64,000 bases of DNA from Marsupella aquatica (Eukaryota > Plantae > Marchantiophyta). This document shows positions 1 to 12,469 of the stretch, piece after piece (position 1 is the first letter of the stretch; every line of letters starts with the position of its first letter). Made by a program: the position numbers and the translations under genes. Where the stretch lies: positions 13,265,270 to 13,329,269 of the forward strand of contig OZ316892.1 of assembly GCA_973895155.1 (NCBI GenBank), read 5' to 3'. The notes below the pieces were generated by a model. That model ran no database searches, was not told the origin of the DNA, and saw only the letters and a list, made by a program, of their open reading frames with translations.

Positions 1-929
1 TTGAGATTCACTAGCCATAGAAAAGGAGAAGTGTGCAAGACTTCTCCCTTTTTCACATTCCTCTCCTCTAGGGTGAGACTTTACTCCACAATTTTAGGAA
101 AAAGGTACTAAACGGGTGAAACCTGGTGGATCCATGTTTTGTCATGGACAATGGCACTTTAAGCTCAGATCATAAGTCATTTCATATCAGGGGGCTTTAC
201 CACACTGCAGGGGTTGTTTCTATTATTTTCCCATCTCTGAGATGTAATCTTAGCCATGCATTTGTGGGAACCGGCCGCACTTGACTTTACAAGACTGTTG
301 AGGCCCATTTCCCATATTTGACTCCTGATGCTACATGGACAACAATGGGGCCGTGTGGGGCCTGTTTTTTTGCCAACGTGTAACGCTTGTTCGGCCAAAG
401 TTTTAGACCACCTCTTGTGGTGGTTTTTCCTTTTGTCCGTTGGTCTGTTGCTATTTCCAGGCCTTGCATTAACTTTGACTGTCCTTTCCTGTCCTCACAT
501 CCAATTCAAGAGGGCGCCCATTGGGAGCTATTAGACAATTGGGCCCCATTTATGTCTTTTCAGTGCCCCCTCTCTCTCAAAACGGTATTGTTGACTTTAC
601 ATGAGGCCTAGGCACCCTTTGATCCAGCCTAGTACAAGGTTTTCCCCGGTTTACTAACTTTAGACGATGAAGTGGCCCCCAACTTTGCTTTGGATGAAAA
701 AAGATTGAACGGCCCCGTGGTCCTATAAATCCCCCCTCAGATTTAGTGGTTTGAGTGTGGGACAACTATTACACGCTATTTACAGCGCATTGTTGACCTT
801 GACCATATAGTTTAGCAGCTATATCTGTTTTCGGTTTCATTGCATGTTGTTTCGTTTGGTTTAATAATATAGCTTATCCGAGCAAATTCTATGGACCTAC
901 TAGTTCAGAAGCTTCTCAAGCTCAAGCTT

Positions 930-2347
930 TTACTTTTTTAGTAAGAGATCAATGTCTTGGGGCAAATGTAGGGTCAGCACAAGGACCTTGCTCACTGTGT
1001 TGTCGATATATGCTGGAGGAAGTGTTGCACTCTCACATTATTGCACTCAATCTCGGGGGTTGACTATTATAAATCTTAGGAATCACGTGCGATCCAAAAT
1101 ATGTATTTTTGATAAAAATTAACTAAATTTTTAAAAAGCATAGGAGGCAAAAAAAGGTATTATAAATTCATGTTTATAAAGTATTCTCTAATTATATACA
1201 CATTTTATAAAATAAAATAGGTTATTAATATTGAGAATAGGAAATATTCTTGGAATATTTTCTTTATAAAATAGGTCTATTTATGTTAGGCTAGGATCGC
1301 ACATGGCACACAAAAAAATATACACTTAGTTAACCCCCAAGCACTCAATCTAGACTGGAAGGAGTATTGTACCCTTATAACAACAATCTAACATTGAGAC
1401 TCTCTTGTTTGACTTAGCTGAGTCCAATAGACAACTAGGTAGGCAAGCTTGGCAACTCTGTCTTGCTATCATAGGAACACATTTAGAGAAGATTTTTTAG
1501 TACTCTCTCTAATAAGTGACATCAAGCAAAAGCTTCGTTGATCAAAAGTGAAGAATGTGATTAATGTAGAGCTCTCATATTGCATAGGAGGCTCTAGCTA
1601 TCTTCTTGATACTTGGAGCATTGAGGTCCCATTGGCAAGTGTTGTGAGGTTTGTGGTCGCTAAAAGTGAGCTGCTACTCTTGTTGAAGGTCTTGTTGTGG
1701 TTGTTGCTATGAATGTGATTTGAATTGCATTTGTTGGGTTGGCACGGAGGATGTAACTGCTTGGGAGTACCCAGTCAAGTCTCTTCCTCACGAATGATGT
1801 TCTCAAGCTGAGAGAAGGAGGGCATTGCCCCGAGGCATCATCTCCCTAGCTATCAACACAATGCCAAAAGTACCCCAACCAGATGGAAGGGCATCAATAA
1901 CAATACCAAGAAGTTCTTTGTCAGTGAACGTAACATAGCAAGATCATTCAATAACTCATTGATAATGCTAAAATATATTGACAGACATGGAGGCAGACTC
2001 TAAAAACTTCAAACCAAAAATTAGTTGTTTGAAACTCCACATTGAGTACTAGTGTTACCAGCACATGCTCCGGCAAAGTTCAACCCACAGTATTGCTGGA
2101 TCATGTACTCAAGTATAATGTGCTAGCATCCAGTCTTCAACAACTTTGGTCAGCATGTATAAAGCCTTGTTGAGAAGTCCGTTGCTTAGCTCAGTTGGAG
2201 TAGATTAGCTAGTTCATCAAAGAAAATTATTGTCTGACAACGTGCCAAATATGTTCCTTGAATGATGAAACTTTGTTCCATCTTATAAGACCACAATGGG
2301 TAGTTCTTTCCATTCAACTTCTCATATTGGGACATGGTAAAGTTCAT
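930..2347 (-). pseudogene. Degenerate Ty1/copia gag(-pol) remnant
   Basis: The minus strand from the ATG at 2347 reads MNFTMSQYEKLNGKNYPLWSYKMEQ, a typical copia gag N-terminus (KLNGxNYxxW). The frame is then broken by stops and frameshifts. The left boundary is approximate. Confidence 0.55.
1052..1341. mobile_element. MITE, CTCGGGGG-TIR family, copy 1 (8-bp TSD CACTCAAT)
   Basis: Termini CTCGGGGGTTGACTA / TAGTTAACCCCCAAG; subterminal inverted GTGCGATCC/GGATCGCAC; CACTCAAT at 1044-1051 and 1342-1349; AT-rich non-coding interior. Confidence 0.8.
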
Positions 2348-2899
2348 GGCCTGATCTATGACAAGAATACTAGACTATTGTCTTAAATACAATGAATTAT
2401 CACTCGTGACTTAGGACTGGAAAAAGATCGATAATCTCTTACCATAGAGGTGTCATACTAAGCTATAGAGAGATACAACTAGAAGAGAATGATGCTAAGT
2501 ACCAACTCTAGTCTACTCTAGACACTATAAGGCTAAGGGTAACGATAGATGGAGAGCTCCTAGAAGGCTCTGACCAGTTGTATCCTCATAAATGGGAACC
2601 TCATAACGATAGATGGAACCTCACACCCCTACGCGATGAACTGAATTAGTCAAATGTTCTTTTGGCACTCATCATGGCGAGCGGAATTGCCTTATCTGGA
2701 TTCTGATTGGCAGCAGGATTGGAAATGTTGTGATCAACATCGGAGCTGTGGTGAACAATGCGCCAAAAATGCTGATTGATGAACTATTTTCCAACATCAA
2801 AATTGGGAGGTATGTGAAACTTTGCAAAGAAAGAGAAGCAGAAAGAAGATTGACAAGCGGGCCAACAAGTGCGCCTTGCATCAATCCATTCTCACGTAA

Positions 2900-3601
2900 G
2901 TAAAATTGGATGCGTCTGCTTACAGCACCAAATTCAGGATTGATGGACCACTAGAGGAAGTTTTCAACAAAGGTTTTCCCCGGGGTCCTCACTTCTTTTC
3001 TTCTGACCCATCACGCACGAATAAGTATAGGGTTTTTTTATTGGGTTTAGTGAAATACTTTTAAATTTCTGTTAAAGAACATTAGGGTTATTTCAATCCA
3101 ATTTTGAGAATTTTAAGAATCATAGAGTTTTTTAAAATCAAATATGGGAATATTCTTGGAATATTCCATTGAATTAGGGGCAAAAACTTTATTGACTTAA
3201 CTTTTAGGGTGTTTATTCCCCAAAAAATTCAAGCGTGATATGGGACACCCCTTGGATTGAGGCCCCCGAGAGGTTTTCAGCTGGTTGGAGTTTCACAACT
3301 TCCTTTCATATGCCTATTGCTGTGTCTGGGTGAAGTTTCTCAAGCTGCTCTGTTTAGACATCATGTTTCTTGGCTGGAGAATGTGGATGGACTACCTAGA
3401 GACCGAGCGCTTTGGCTTTTAGCTCTCTTGGCTGTGGTAGACGTGCCTCTTGATTCCCAAACTAGTGCTGCCTTTCGTGCCATGTTGAGACATTGTTCAG
3501 GCGTGAGAGCGTTGAAGCAAACAAGAGATGACGAGGATCTCTACCTCCTGAATGTGGTAATTACAGTTGCCGGTGTCTACTTTGGACAAGCAGAAGCATA
3601 A
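2900..3601 (+). pseudogene. GEMIN2: Gemin2 (SIP1) C-terminal fragment interrupted by a MITE
   Basis: LPFICLLLCLGEVSQAALFRHHVSWLE...ALWLLALLAVVDVPLDSQTSAAFRAMLRHCSGVRALKQTRDDEDLYLLNVVITVAGVYFGQ matches the Gemin2 C-terminal pattern (WLxALLxxxxxPL...R.L.R.CS.vR...LN.......YFxQ). The frame continues upstream across the MITE (DGPLEEVFNKGF|QLVG) and meets a stop near 2897. Confidence 0.7.
2979..3270. mobile_element. MITE, CTCGGGGG-TIR family, copy 2 (8-bp TSD AGGTTTTC)
   Basis: Termini CCCGGGGTCCTCA / TGAGGCCCCCGAG; AGGTTTTC at 2971-2978 and 3271-3278; internal GAATATTCTTGGAATATT motif shared with the other copies. Confidence 0.8.
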
Positions 3602-4084
3602 TTGTCCTAGCAGTTGCTGTTTGGCACAAAGGACCCCCAATCTCCTTAAAAGCAACAGATGCCATGGCTTGGTATTTAAGTTACTTTGGGGTCAAACATC
3701 TCTTGCATCCTGCCTTGGTAGCCTACTCATCCACTGATCTACACTATCACACCATTCTAGGTAGTATTGTAATATATCATATTATCTAGATTTGTATGTT
3801 TAGTATGTATGCTATATGAGCCAATAAGGTTCTGTTAGGTTTGTGTGGGAGAGTAGTTCTCCCTTGTGAGACATTGAAAGGTTATCTTTCAATGTTAAGC
3901 CTTGGAGAGGGGATCTTGTGTGGTGGCTATGGTGGCTGAAAGCTCTTTCTATGTAGAGTGGATTCCTTAAGTGCAAGGTGCATTGGCTTGAATATGCATG
4001 TGATCCGATCGGACAAGATTGAGTGCGTGTTGTTGGCATCGATCGCTGTTTGGATCTATTGAAGATTGTTGTGGGTGTTGGACA

Positions 4085-4689
4085 TGTCGTGCGCATACAT
4101 ATCGCTACACAACATACATCGCTTGTCACATACATCCAAACATAGTCACACTGCCACATCACAAACACAAGAGAATGGAATACAAGTGGAACTCATGTCC
4201 ACACATGTCCAAAACCCACAATAATCTCCATACAATCGGCACAACGATCCCGGTCAACAATACCCCATCGATCCCGCACCGATCCGATCACACACGTATG
4301 TCAAGCCAACGCACCTTGCACTACTCAAGGAATCCACGTTACACAAGCGGAGCTCACAGCCACCATAGCCACTCAAGCTCCTCTCTCTCCAAGGCTCAAC
4401 ATTGAAAGATGACCTTTCAATGCCTCACAAGTGAGAAGTACCCTCTCACACAAACCTGACGGAACCTTATCGGCTCCAATAGCACTCATACCAAACGTAC
4501 ATACTCTAATAGCACGATATACTACTACACTACTCAAAATGGTGTGACAGTTGTCGTGCGCATACATATCGCTACACAACATACATCGCTTGTCATATAC
4601 ATCCAAACATAGTCACACTGCCACATCACAAACACAAGAGAATGGAATACAAGTGGAACTCATGTCCACACATGTCCAAAACCCACAAT
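4085..4689 (-). repeat. 3' terminal A-B-A repeat block of the gypsy element
   Basis: A2 (4552-4689), 2-nt spacer, B1 (4223-4549), A1 (4085-4222). The A copies differ at about 1 site. A polypurine tract AGGGGGGCG (4690-4698) lies directly before A2 on the sense strand. Confidence 0.9.
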
Positions 4690-4862
4690 CGCCCCCCTAG
4701 CTGGGAGTAAGGTCCCCTAACTCTAGCTAGCCATGAGTTCTACAAGGTTGATATACACCTTTTTAGGTGTGAAGATCAGGAGGCCGGGTGCAAGTGAGCC
4801 CCATCGATCACCTACCTGCAATCCATATCTGCCAAGAGAACACAAATGATAACTAGTCGGCT

Positions 4863-6341
4863 TCACCGACACTGAGGACACAACCATGATACACTAGGAA
4901 TCACCTGCAATGGTGGTGTCAAACATGACATGTGCCATCCTCTAGAACACTTATCACAAATCAACATAGTAGCTGCTCCCTGAGCAGATCCACACAACAT
5001 ATATTTCAAGCCAGCACGAACATGTGCCAAGCTTGGATCTACTGTACCATCAATGTTGGGAAGGTGACATGGTGCACAATTGCGCACATGATCCTTCCAA
5101 ACCATACCATCGCGTCCCTCCAACATCAGGACACCAGAAGGAAACACTTCACGCACACGTAAGATTGTCCGGCCTGCGGTCACATCAAGTGTCGTGGGTG
5201 CTGTCTGCTGCAAATAAATATAATCACCAGGATGAAATCGCCGAATGCTTGCACGGTAACCTCCTCCACGAATAGTGGCATACCTCAAAGTATCACGATG
5301 TTGGGCAATGGCAAGGTTGTCGAAAGCCATGGGCATCACTCGTTGAAATACCCGTGCTCTCTCTGAACACACCTTGACCCAAACATCAGGATCATCCAAG
5401 TTCACAACTGATGCAACATCACGACGAATAGCTGTTGGCAAATTTGGCTCTCTACCATAGAGCAAAAAGTAAGGTGAGAAGGATGCAAGTGATGCTTGCC
5501 GACTGAAACGGTAGCCCATAGCTAACCAAGGTAGCTGGAGATCCCAATCTCCCAGATGACCAACCTGCAAGCCATACTTACGCAATCTTCTCTTCACAGT
5601 TTGCACAACTCTCTCAGCTAATCCATCTGCCTTAGGATGATCACGAGAGGTAGTACGATGATCAATCAGAGCTTATTCACACAAACTCTCAAACTCTCCA
5701 CGGAACTCAGTTCCTTGATCAGTCAACACCTCAGCTGGTGCTCCAAAATGACTGAGTACACGATCCAAAAATGTAGCAGCAACTCCTCCACTGGCTTTAT
5801 CTGACAACGCCACTAGCTCAATCCACTTGGAGAAGTGTTCCACCATGACCAAAACATACCGATTATGGCGTTGGGTAAGAGGTAATGGACCAGCAAAATC
5901 CGAACTCCAACGATATCCCAAACCCATGATCGGTAACGGGTGCAACTGTTGGACATGAGTGTGCATACCACACCACCAATACTGTGTCTGCAGCAAGCTG
6001 TAAGTGCGCTTCACACCAAAGTGACCCAACTCCTCGTGTGCATGTCGCACCAAATGTACTCTTTGTGATGGTTTTGGGACCACCAACACTCTACCATCAT
6101 GCAGTACTCTCAAAAGATGGTTTCCCTCCCATCGAAACATCTTGGCTCTCTGTAGAGCCCTGTCACGTTCCTTGGCATCAACACTGCCAACAATAGAACT
6201 ACTGCGCAGATATTCCAACACTCTCACATCATTGTGAATATCTTGCTGTCCATAAGTTACCTCACCAGCATCCACATCTGAAGACTCATCATCCACTCCA
6301 TCCAATGAGGTAGAGTCCACAGATCCACTGTATGCTGGCAC
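4863..6341 (-). pseudogene. Gypsy DDE integrase with C-terminal PHD finger
   Basis: HEELGHFG..TY..LQTQYWW (H2C2 start; the CxxC half is missing at VQQ|LHPLP), WSSDFAGP, VEHFSKW, LTDQGTEF, SPYFLLYGREP, then YxxC...CDKCSRGWHMSCLTPPL...WLCPQC (PHD, first Cys mutated to Tyr). Broken by stops near 5673 and 5630. Confidence 0.9.
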
Positions 6342-6399
6342 CTAACAAAGAAAGGCAGATGCATGCCATTCTGGCACCATCTCCTTATCTGACTCATCA

Positions 6400-7880
6400 T
6401 GCCATCTAGCTCCAGTCTCATCTTGCTGACTGGTACATGGATTGCGGCTTAATCCATCTGCATCCAAGTTCACTTTTCTAGGCCTATGCACCACCTGGAA
6501 ATCATACTCCTGTAACAACAATGCCCATCATGCAAGCTTCCCTGTAAGCTTGTCAGACTCCATTAACCACTTAAGAGGCTGATGATCAATGATCAAGGTG
6601 AAGGGGTTACCAAACAAGTAGCAACAAAAGTGTGCAACAGCCCACACTGCTGCCAAACACTCTCCCTCATAAGAGCTATACTTAGCCTCTGCTGAATTGT
6701 TTGATCTACTGGCATAAGCCACAACAAACTCATTCCCCTCATCATCCTTCTGAGTCAGCACTGCTCCAAGTCCTACTCCACTCCAATCAGTGTGTAGCTA
6801 AAATGGTCTGCCTGAAATGGGTCTTCTCAAAATAGGGGATGATGCCAACCTTTGCTTCAACTCCTGAAAGGCATGCTCCTGGTCATCACCCCAAATCCAT
6901 TCCTGATCCAACTTAGTGAGTATGGTCAAAGGTTTAGCAAGTTGGCTAAATCCTTTAACATACCTCCTGTAGTAGCTCGCCAATCCCAAGAATGCACGAA
7001 CTCTGCTCACATTAGTAGGACAAGGAATCTGTGTAATGGCCTCCACTTTAGTCTGCTGTACACCCAATCCCCCTGGGTATATAGTGTGACCCAAATACTC
7101 AATCTGGTCTTGGAAGAACTTACACTTGCCAGGATGGAGCTTCAACCCATGTGCTCTCAATCTCTCCATCACAATCTGCAAGTGCTGCTGATGTTCTTCC
7201 ACAGTAGAAGAATAGACAAAAATATCATCAATATAACATCTGACAAAATCCAAACCTGCAAGGATTCGATCCATGACTCTCTGGAACTCAGCTGGTGCAT
7301 TCTTCAACCCAAATGGTAAGAATAACCACTGATACAAACGATCTTTGCCATAAGAATCAATCCCCCAGAATGCTGTCTTGGACCTGTCAGCATGCCTAAT
7401 TGGAAGCTGATGGTACCCTGCCCTCAGATCCAATGAACAGAAAACCTTTGTATATCCCACAGCATCAAAGATCTCCTCAGGTGTGGGCATGGCATATCGA
7501 TCAGATTTTGTCTGGCGATTAATAGGTCTGTAATCACCACACATGCGCCTATTTGTGTAATTGCCATGCACATCCTTCTTGGCTGGCATCACTGTGGCAG
7601 ATGCATACTCCCCATATGAAATCTCCACCAATCCAGCCTCCAACAAATCTTGAGTTCTGCTTTGAATCAGAGCTCTCTCCATGTCACTATAATGGTATGG
7701 TCTACGAAAGATTGGCGCATCACTAGCCAATTCAATCTGAATACCAGGGCCCTTCAATGTCCCCAAATCCTTCATGCTGAATGCAAAACAATTCCAATGA
7801 CTCTTCAAGAATCGATGCATGCGACGTCTCTCCTCCCTCGTTAACTTAGGGCCAAGCTGTGGTTCCCAACTCTCCACCAA
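6400..7880 (-). pseudogene. Gypsy reverse transcriptase and RNase H
   Basis: RMCGDYRPIN, SLDLRAGYHQ, LPFGLKNAPAEFQ, YIDD, KCKF..YLGH, FLGLASYYRRY; RNase H VVAYASR...YSSYEGECLAAVWAV...DHQPLKWL. Internal stops at 6798 and 6528. Confidence 0.95.
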
Positions 7881-7925
7881 ATCCCTAATATCTCTTTGTA
7901 GGGTAGAAGAGATAGCCGATGATTG

Positions 7926-9119
7926 CTATTTAGCAGTAGATTGAGCAGTCCCTTCCTGCTCAACAATCTGTCCAGCCTTGGCCAATCCTGCCATAGGTCC
8001 ATGGACTGTCTGCTCGCCCCCAGTTGTGGTCAATACTGTCTCAGTGGACCGCAAGCTCACCAAGGGACAATCAGTAATTCCAGCAGAGCGCATCCGCAAC
8101 TGTTCAGCTACTCCCAAGCTGATAATCCAAGTCAAACAATTCAGGTCCATTGCTTGACCAAGAACCTGGCGCCGCAAACCCTCTGACACAAAGGCAACTG
8201 CAGTGGTGCCAGTCAAAAATCCCATAGCACGCTCTCTCTCATCAACAGTAGGCTCCAGTAACTGCTGGAGAGCTGTGTCCCACACAAGTCCAGGGCCACC
8301 TGCTCTGAATGCATATGAAGCTGAGTGGCTTACAAGAGTGGGTAATGCACAACGTGGGCACCCAACTGCATTGACCATTGCCAGTGGAGGTCTATCAGGT
8401 TGGGTCACACCCTGTGCACGACGCCCTGGATCCAAAATATCATCCACCACTAATGCTGGTGAGCGTGGAATGCTGTTAAATGCGCGCTTCAGCACCTCAC
8501 ATGGGATCAAATTAGTCCACCACAAGCGTGGACGATGTGCACGAGAACCCACACGTGCAACATCCAATAATACAGCAGGTCCAATCCAAGACCTCACCTG
8601 GTGAACACTGGCAATAATCCGACTACGATCATCACCTAACAATGGCACATTCTCCAAAATGTATGCTGGAGACTGTGTTTGATGTAGCTGGAGATGATGC
8701 AGCACCCGTAACATCTCCCAAAACAATGCAGAGCGTGGATCATGAAGTCCATGCCCAACGCCAGCTCTAGATTGGCCCTAACATGGCCAACCAGCAATCA
8801 CCAAATCAATGGGGCCAACACGATGCAGATGATCCACCCCCAACAATGAAATATCAGCAGGTAGTGCATGCTGATAACCACGAACAGCATCCACTGGCAG
8901 CAACTGTGGATATCTATCCACCAACATAGCCACATGTCGCAATGACACTCTCCGTGCTGTCTCATCTGTCTCCACATACAAATAACGACGCACAGGAATT
9001 CCTGCCTGAAGAACAGTAGCCAATCCAGTGCTAATCCCACCAAAAAGATCCAACAAACAAATACCCTCCGGTGGATATTGCCAAGCAATAGGAGTGGTAT
9101 CCAATGGTGAAAGAGTCAC
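7926..9119 (-). pseudogene. Dnmt3-like C5 cytosine DNA methyltransferase domain inside pol
   Basis: Motif I LDLFGGI, II YLYVE, III ADI, IV DLVIAGWPC*GQS, VI YILENV, VIII AHRPRLWWTNL, IX ERERAMGF, X RRQVLGQAM. The two ORFs share one frame and are split by a single TAG (probably CAG) right after the catalytic PC. The same frame continues into RT after one more stop. Confidence 0.9.
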
Positions 9120-9439
9120 AGGTCCATCTGCAAGAGACTGCTCTGCTCCTGACTATGGTGTAAAAGCATGACGCCATGCATCATGTACCAATCGTGCTGC
9201 TGCCTGTGGCAAGGCCTGTGCAGTGCCCCACACTGGTGGCACAACACTGCCAACAGGTAATCCTTGCATGATGTGCTCCTCATGAGACTCCTCCAATGAT
9301 GGAACATCGGTTGTATGCGCATTACCCTCAATCAAATCATCAGGTCCAACAATTGTACCACTAAATGCTGCCAAAGACAATGGTGTAGATTTAGGGCCTC
9401 CCACAGGTCCACTAAATCTCACTGGCAATTTGTTCAATC

Positions 9440-11827
9440 GAGCATCTCTTGACTACCAATCAGGTCTATATGACACTGATTCCTCCCAAAAATCAAGAAT
9501 AAATCCCATGGGGTAGAGCACTGTACATCCCACCAACACATCATATGACTCTGCCTTAGTCAGAATAGCTCGCGCCTGTATCTATGAGCTATTTGTGGTA
9601 TGACCTTCCTGAATCCTCAAATCAAGTGGTCTCCTGGTGATATGCTATGTAGGTGTAGGTCCCCCCAATGAAGTCTGAATGGGAAAGGGACAATCCTCCA
9701 AATCCTCTGGACGCAATCCCAATCCACGTATGGCAGACTTTCCCAACATCAAGGGCTGAGCACCAGTATCCAGTAACACTCTCTTTGGCTGGTATATTGC
9801 TCTAGAAGGCCCAACTAATCGGAAGATATCACTCCGATTATCCAATGATACAACACTAGGTTTAAACCTAGTCCTCTCAAATGCAGGGCGTGCTGGTAAA
9901 TCCACCAACCTCGCTGCTGCTGTATGCCATGTCTCACTAGTAGCAGTAGGTGGTATGGTCTTCACTGCTTCAACACTGCAAGCTGCTTCTGCATGGGAAG
10001 CAACAACTGGAGTGTCCTCACAGAGTGTAGCTGCCAATCTGAACACTTTTGCAGGACCAACTCCCAAGTTCAGCATGTTTGTCGCTGAAAATAATGGGGT
10101 GCGTACTATGGCAGTAGCCACCCCCAGTAGGGTACCTGTCATCCCTACTGTATCACTACCGGATTCTGCCAACTTACCCACGCCAGGGTTTGTCCGAACC
10201 GGGTTCATAGAGGCAGTCTGAACTGTCTCTGACAATGTAAAAGACTGAGGAAGCTTTGTCTGCCGACGTGCATCCCCCCTCTGTGGATCTAACTCCACTA
10301 CTGCTCCTCGGGGCTCAAGAGCTTTGGCTGCCCCACGTGTCAAAGCTGCTGATGCATCAATATGTGCAGTGCCACACATGAATCCCATGGTGGCAAGATC
10401 TCCATCATCTCCATAGGATGTGGAAGGACCATGGGATGTGGAAGGTCCATAGGATGTAGATGCCCCATCACCCAAAGTAGGTATCACCTGGGAACTAGCC
10501 ATGGCAGCTAGCTGTTGCTCCAATTGAGCAATCTTAGCATCCTTTGGATCTATGGTTACAGCAGGGGCAGCGTCACCTCCCTGTCTCCCTGCATGTGGCA
10601 TGCCACGACCACGTCCACCACCTCTACCTCCTCTTCCTCTTCCCTGATCATGTGTACGGGATCCTCCCCTCCGTAACTCAGGGTGGAGTGAGAAACACCT
10701 ATCCTTGGTGTGTCCAGGAGCTCCACAATGATCACACTGTCGCTGATAAGGCGCTGATGCTCCCCCTAATCCTCTATGATCTGGACAATATCTCTGTGCA
10801 TGATCCCCACCACAGGTCCAACATCCTGACTGCTATCCAGCATAAGAGGGCACAGGTCTTTGGCTGGTAGACTCTCGTGCAGTAGGCTTCTCCCTCTGGC
10901 TCTTCCGTGCAATAGGTTGTGGTGTGGATGTAGATGCAGCCTTTGGTGCTTCCTTGGCAAATCCAGAAGTCACCACCTTCTCATTCACCATATTGAGCTC
11001 AATGCGCTCAGAAAGGGTGAAAACAACTGCTAATGTGGGATCTGCATCCCTAAGCAGAGTGACATCTCTCACTCTGCGTTGCAATTCTCTGTCCAAAATT
11101 GCATACCAAAATTGGACTGCTTGAGCCTCTGTCACTCCCTTGGTGACAGTGATCAATCTGCGCATACGAGTGTATGCCTCACGTAGACTCTCTCCAGTCT
11201 TGCGCTGGAACTCCTAGAGACCCTTCAACTTATCAGTTCTCACACCCTGATAGTTCTACTTCAGTACCTCAAAAAGAATTCCACCACAGGATTAAATGCT
11301 GGCGCAACTCCAGTTCCTGTCACAATCACACCGGCAGGAGTAGCGGTGGATGCTACTGGAGTGCTGCTGGTGGATGGTGTGCCACTCTGGCTAGTGCTGC
11401 TAGAAGAGGCAGCAGCTGTGGCAATGGGTTGGGCAGCCGCACTAGTGCCATAGGTGATGGATACGCAATTAGGTGACCAATGCTGCCTCCATGCCTCAAT
11501 CTCAACCAAATGAGCCTTCCGAAACTCATGGTAGTCATCCATGGGTGGCCCCTCCAAATGCTGAAATAATCCCTTCCATGCCATGAAAGGGGTAAACAAC
11601 GTGGCGTTACGCAATGTCTGCATATCGCATCACGTATCAAACTCCTGAATGAAGTCATCTAGATCAATTGTGCCAACTGCACCAGAGTATTGTCGTGGGC
11701 CCTTTGTAGCCCCGTACATCTCGTCCATATCCCACAACAAAGGTGCAACCACCTGATGACGAGGAGAACTGATCACTGAGTCCTCGTCGGAATCACTGTC
11801 TGAAGCTGCACTGCTGACTGCTACCAA
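9440..11827 (-). pseudogene. Gypsy gag (two zinc knuckles) and aspartic protease
   Basis: Gag-like FQRKTGESLREAYTRMRRL; knuckles CWTCGGDHAQRYC and CDHCGAPGHTKDRC (about 10700-10830); protease VLLDTGAQPLMLGK near 9770. Several stops and frameshifts. Confidence 0.8.
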
Positions 11828-12469
11828 TACCGCTGGCCAAAACTGTGCCCCACTCCGAGTGAAACCGGTCCGTTGTCCATCGGGTAATCCAGCAGCACCA
11901 GAAGAATCCGTGGTGACTAACCCTAACCTAATCTATGTGCTAACCCTAAGGGCAATCTATCCCTATCAGCACCACAAGCACTCACCATGGTGTGTTGGGC
12001 ATCACTCAAACATCACCAGGAGAGAAATACACAACACACTAGAATGTCCAGTTGCAAACCCAGATCACTCCTATGGAATCAAGCGCCCACACCAAACTAA
12101 CATGGCGCATAAATAGGAAACATGTGTGAAGAGGATCCAGAAACAAGAATGGATACCATTCAACTCTCCACACAAAAGCAAATGCAAATCAATATGACAA
12201 TGTGCATAAGGTTCAAGGAAGAGCCTTCATAATAGGCTTCACAATGGCACTCCAATGTTGTAGATGAGAACCAAGGCAAAATTGGTTCAATCTGTGAGTC
12301 TAGATGGACTCAGAAATATCAAAAACCCTAAAATAGCCTCTGATTTGGCCTAGAATAGGCCTCTAAACAAACCGGGAAGTGTATAAAGCCCCCTGGCGCT
12401 TGAATCTAAACAACAAGTTGTCAAAGCTTGTGTGTACACAAGGTGGGATGAGAACTTGCCAGTTAAGCG

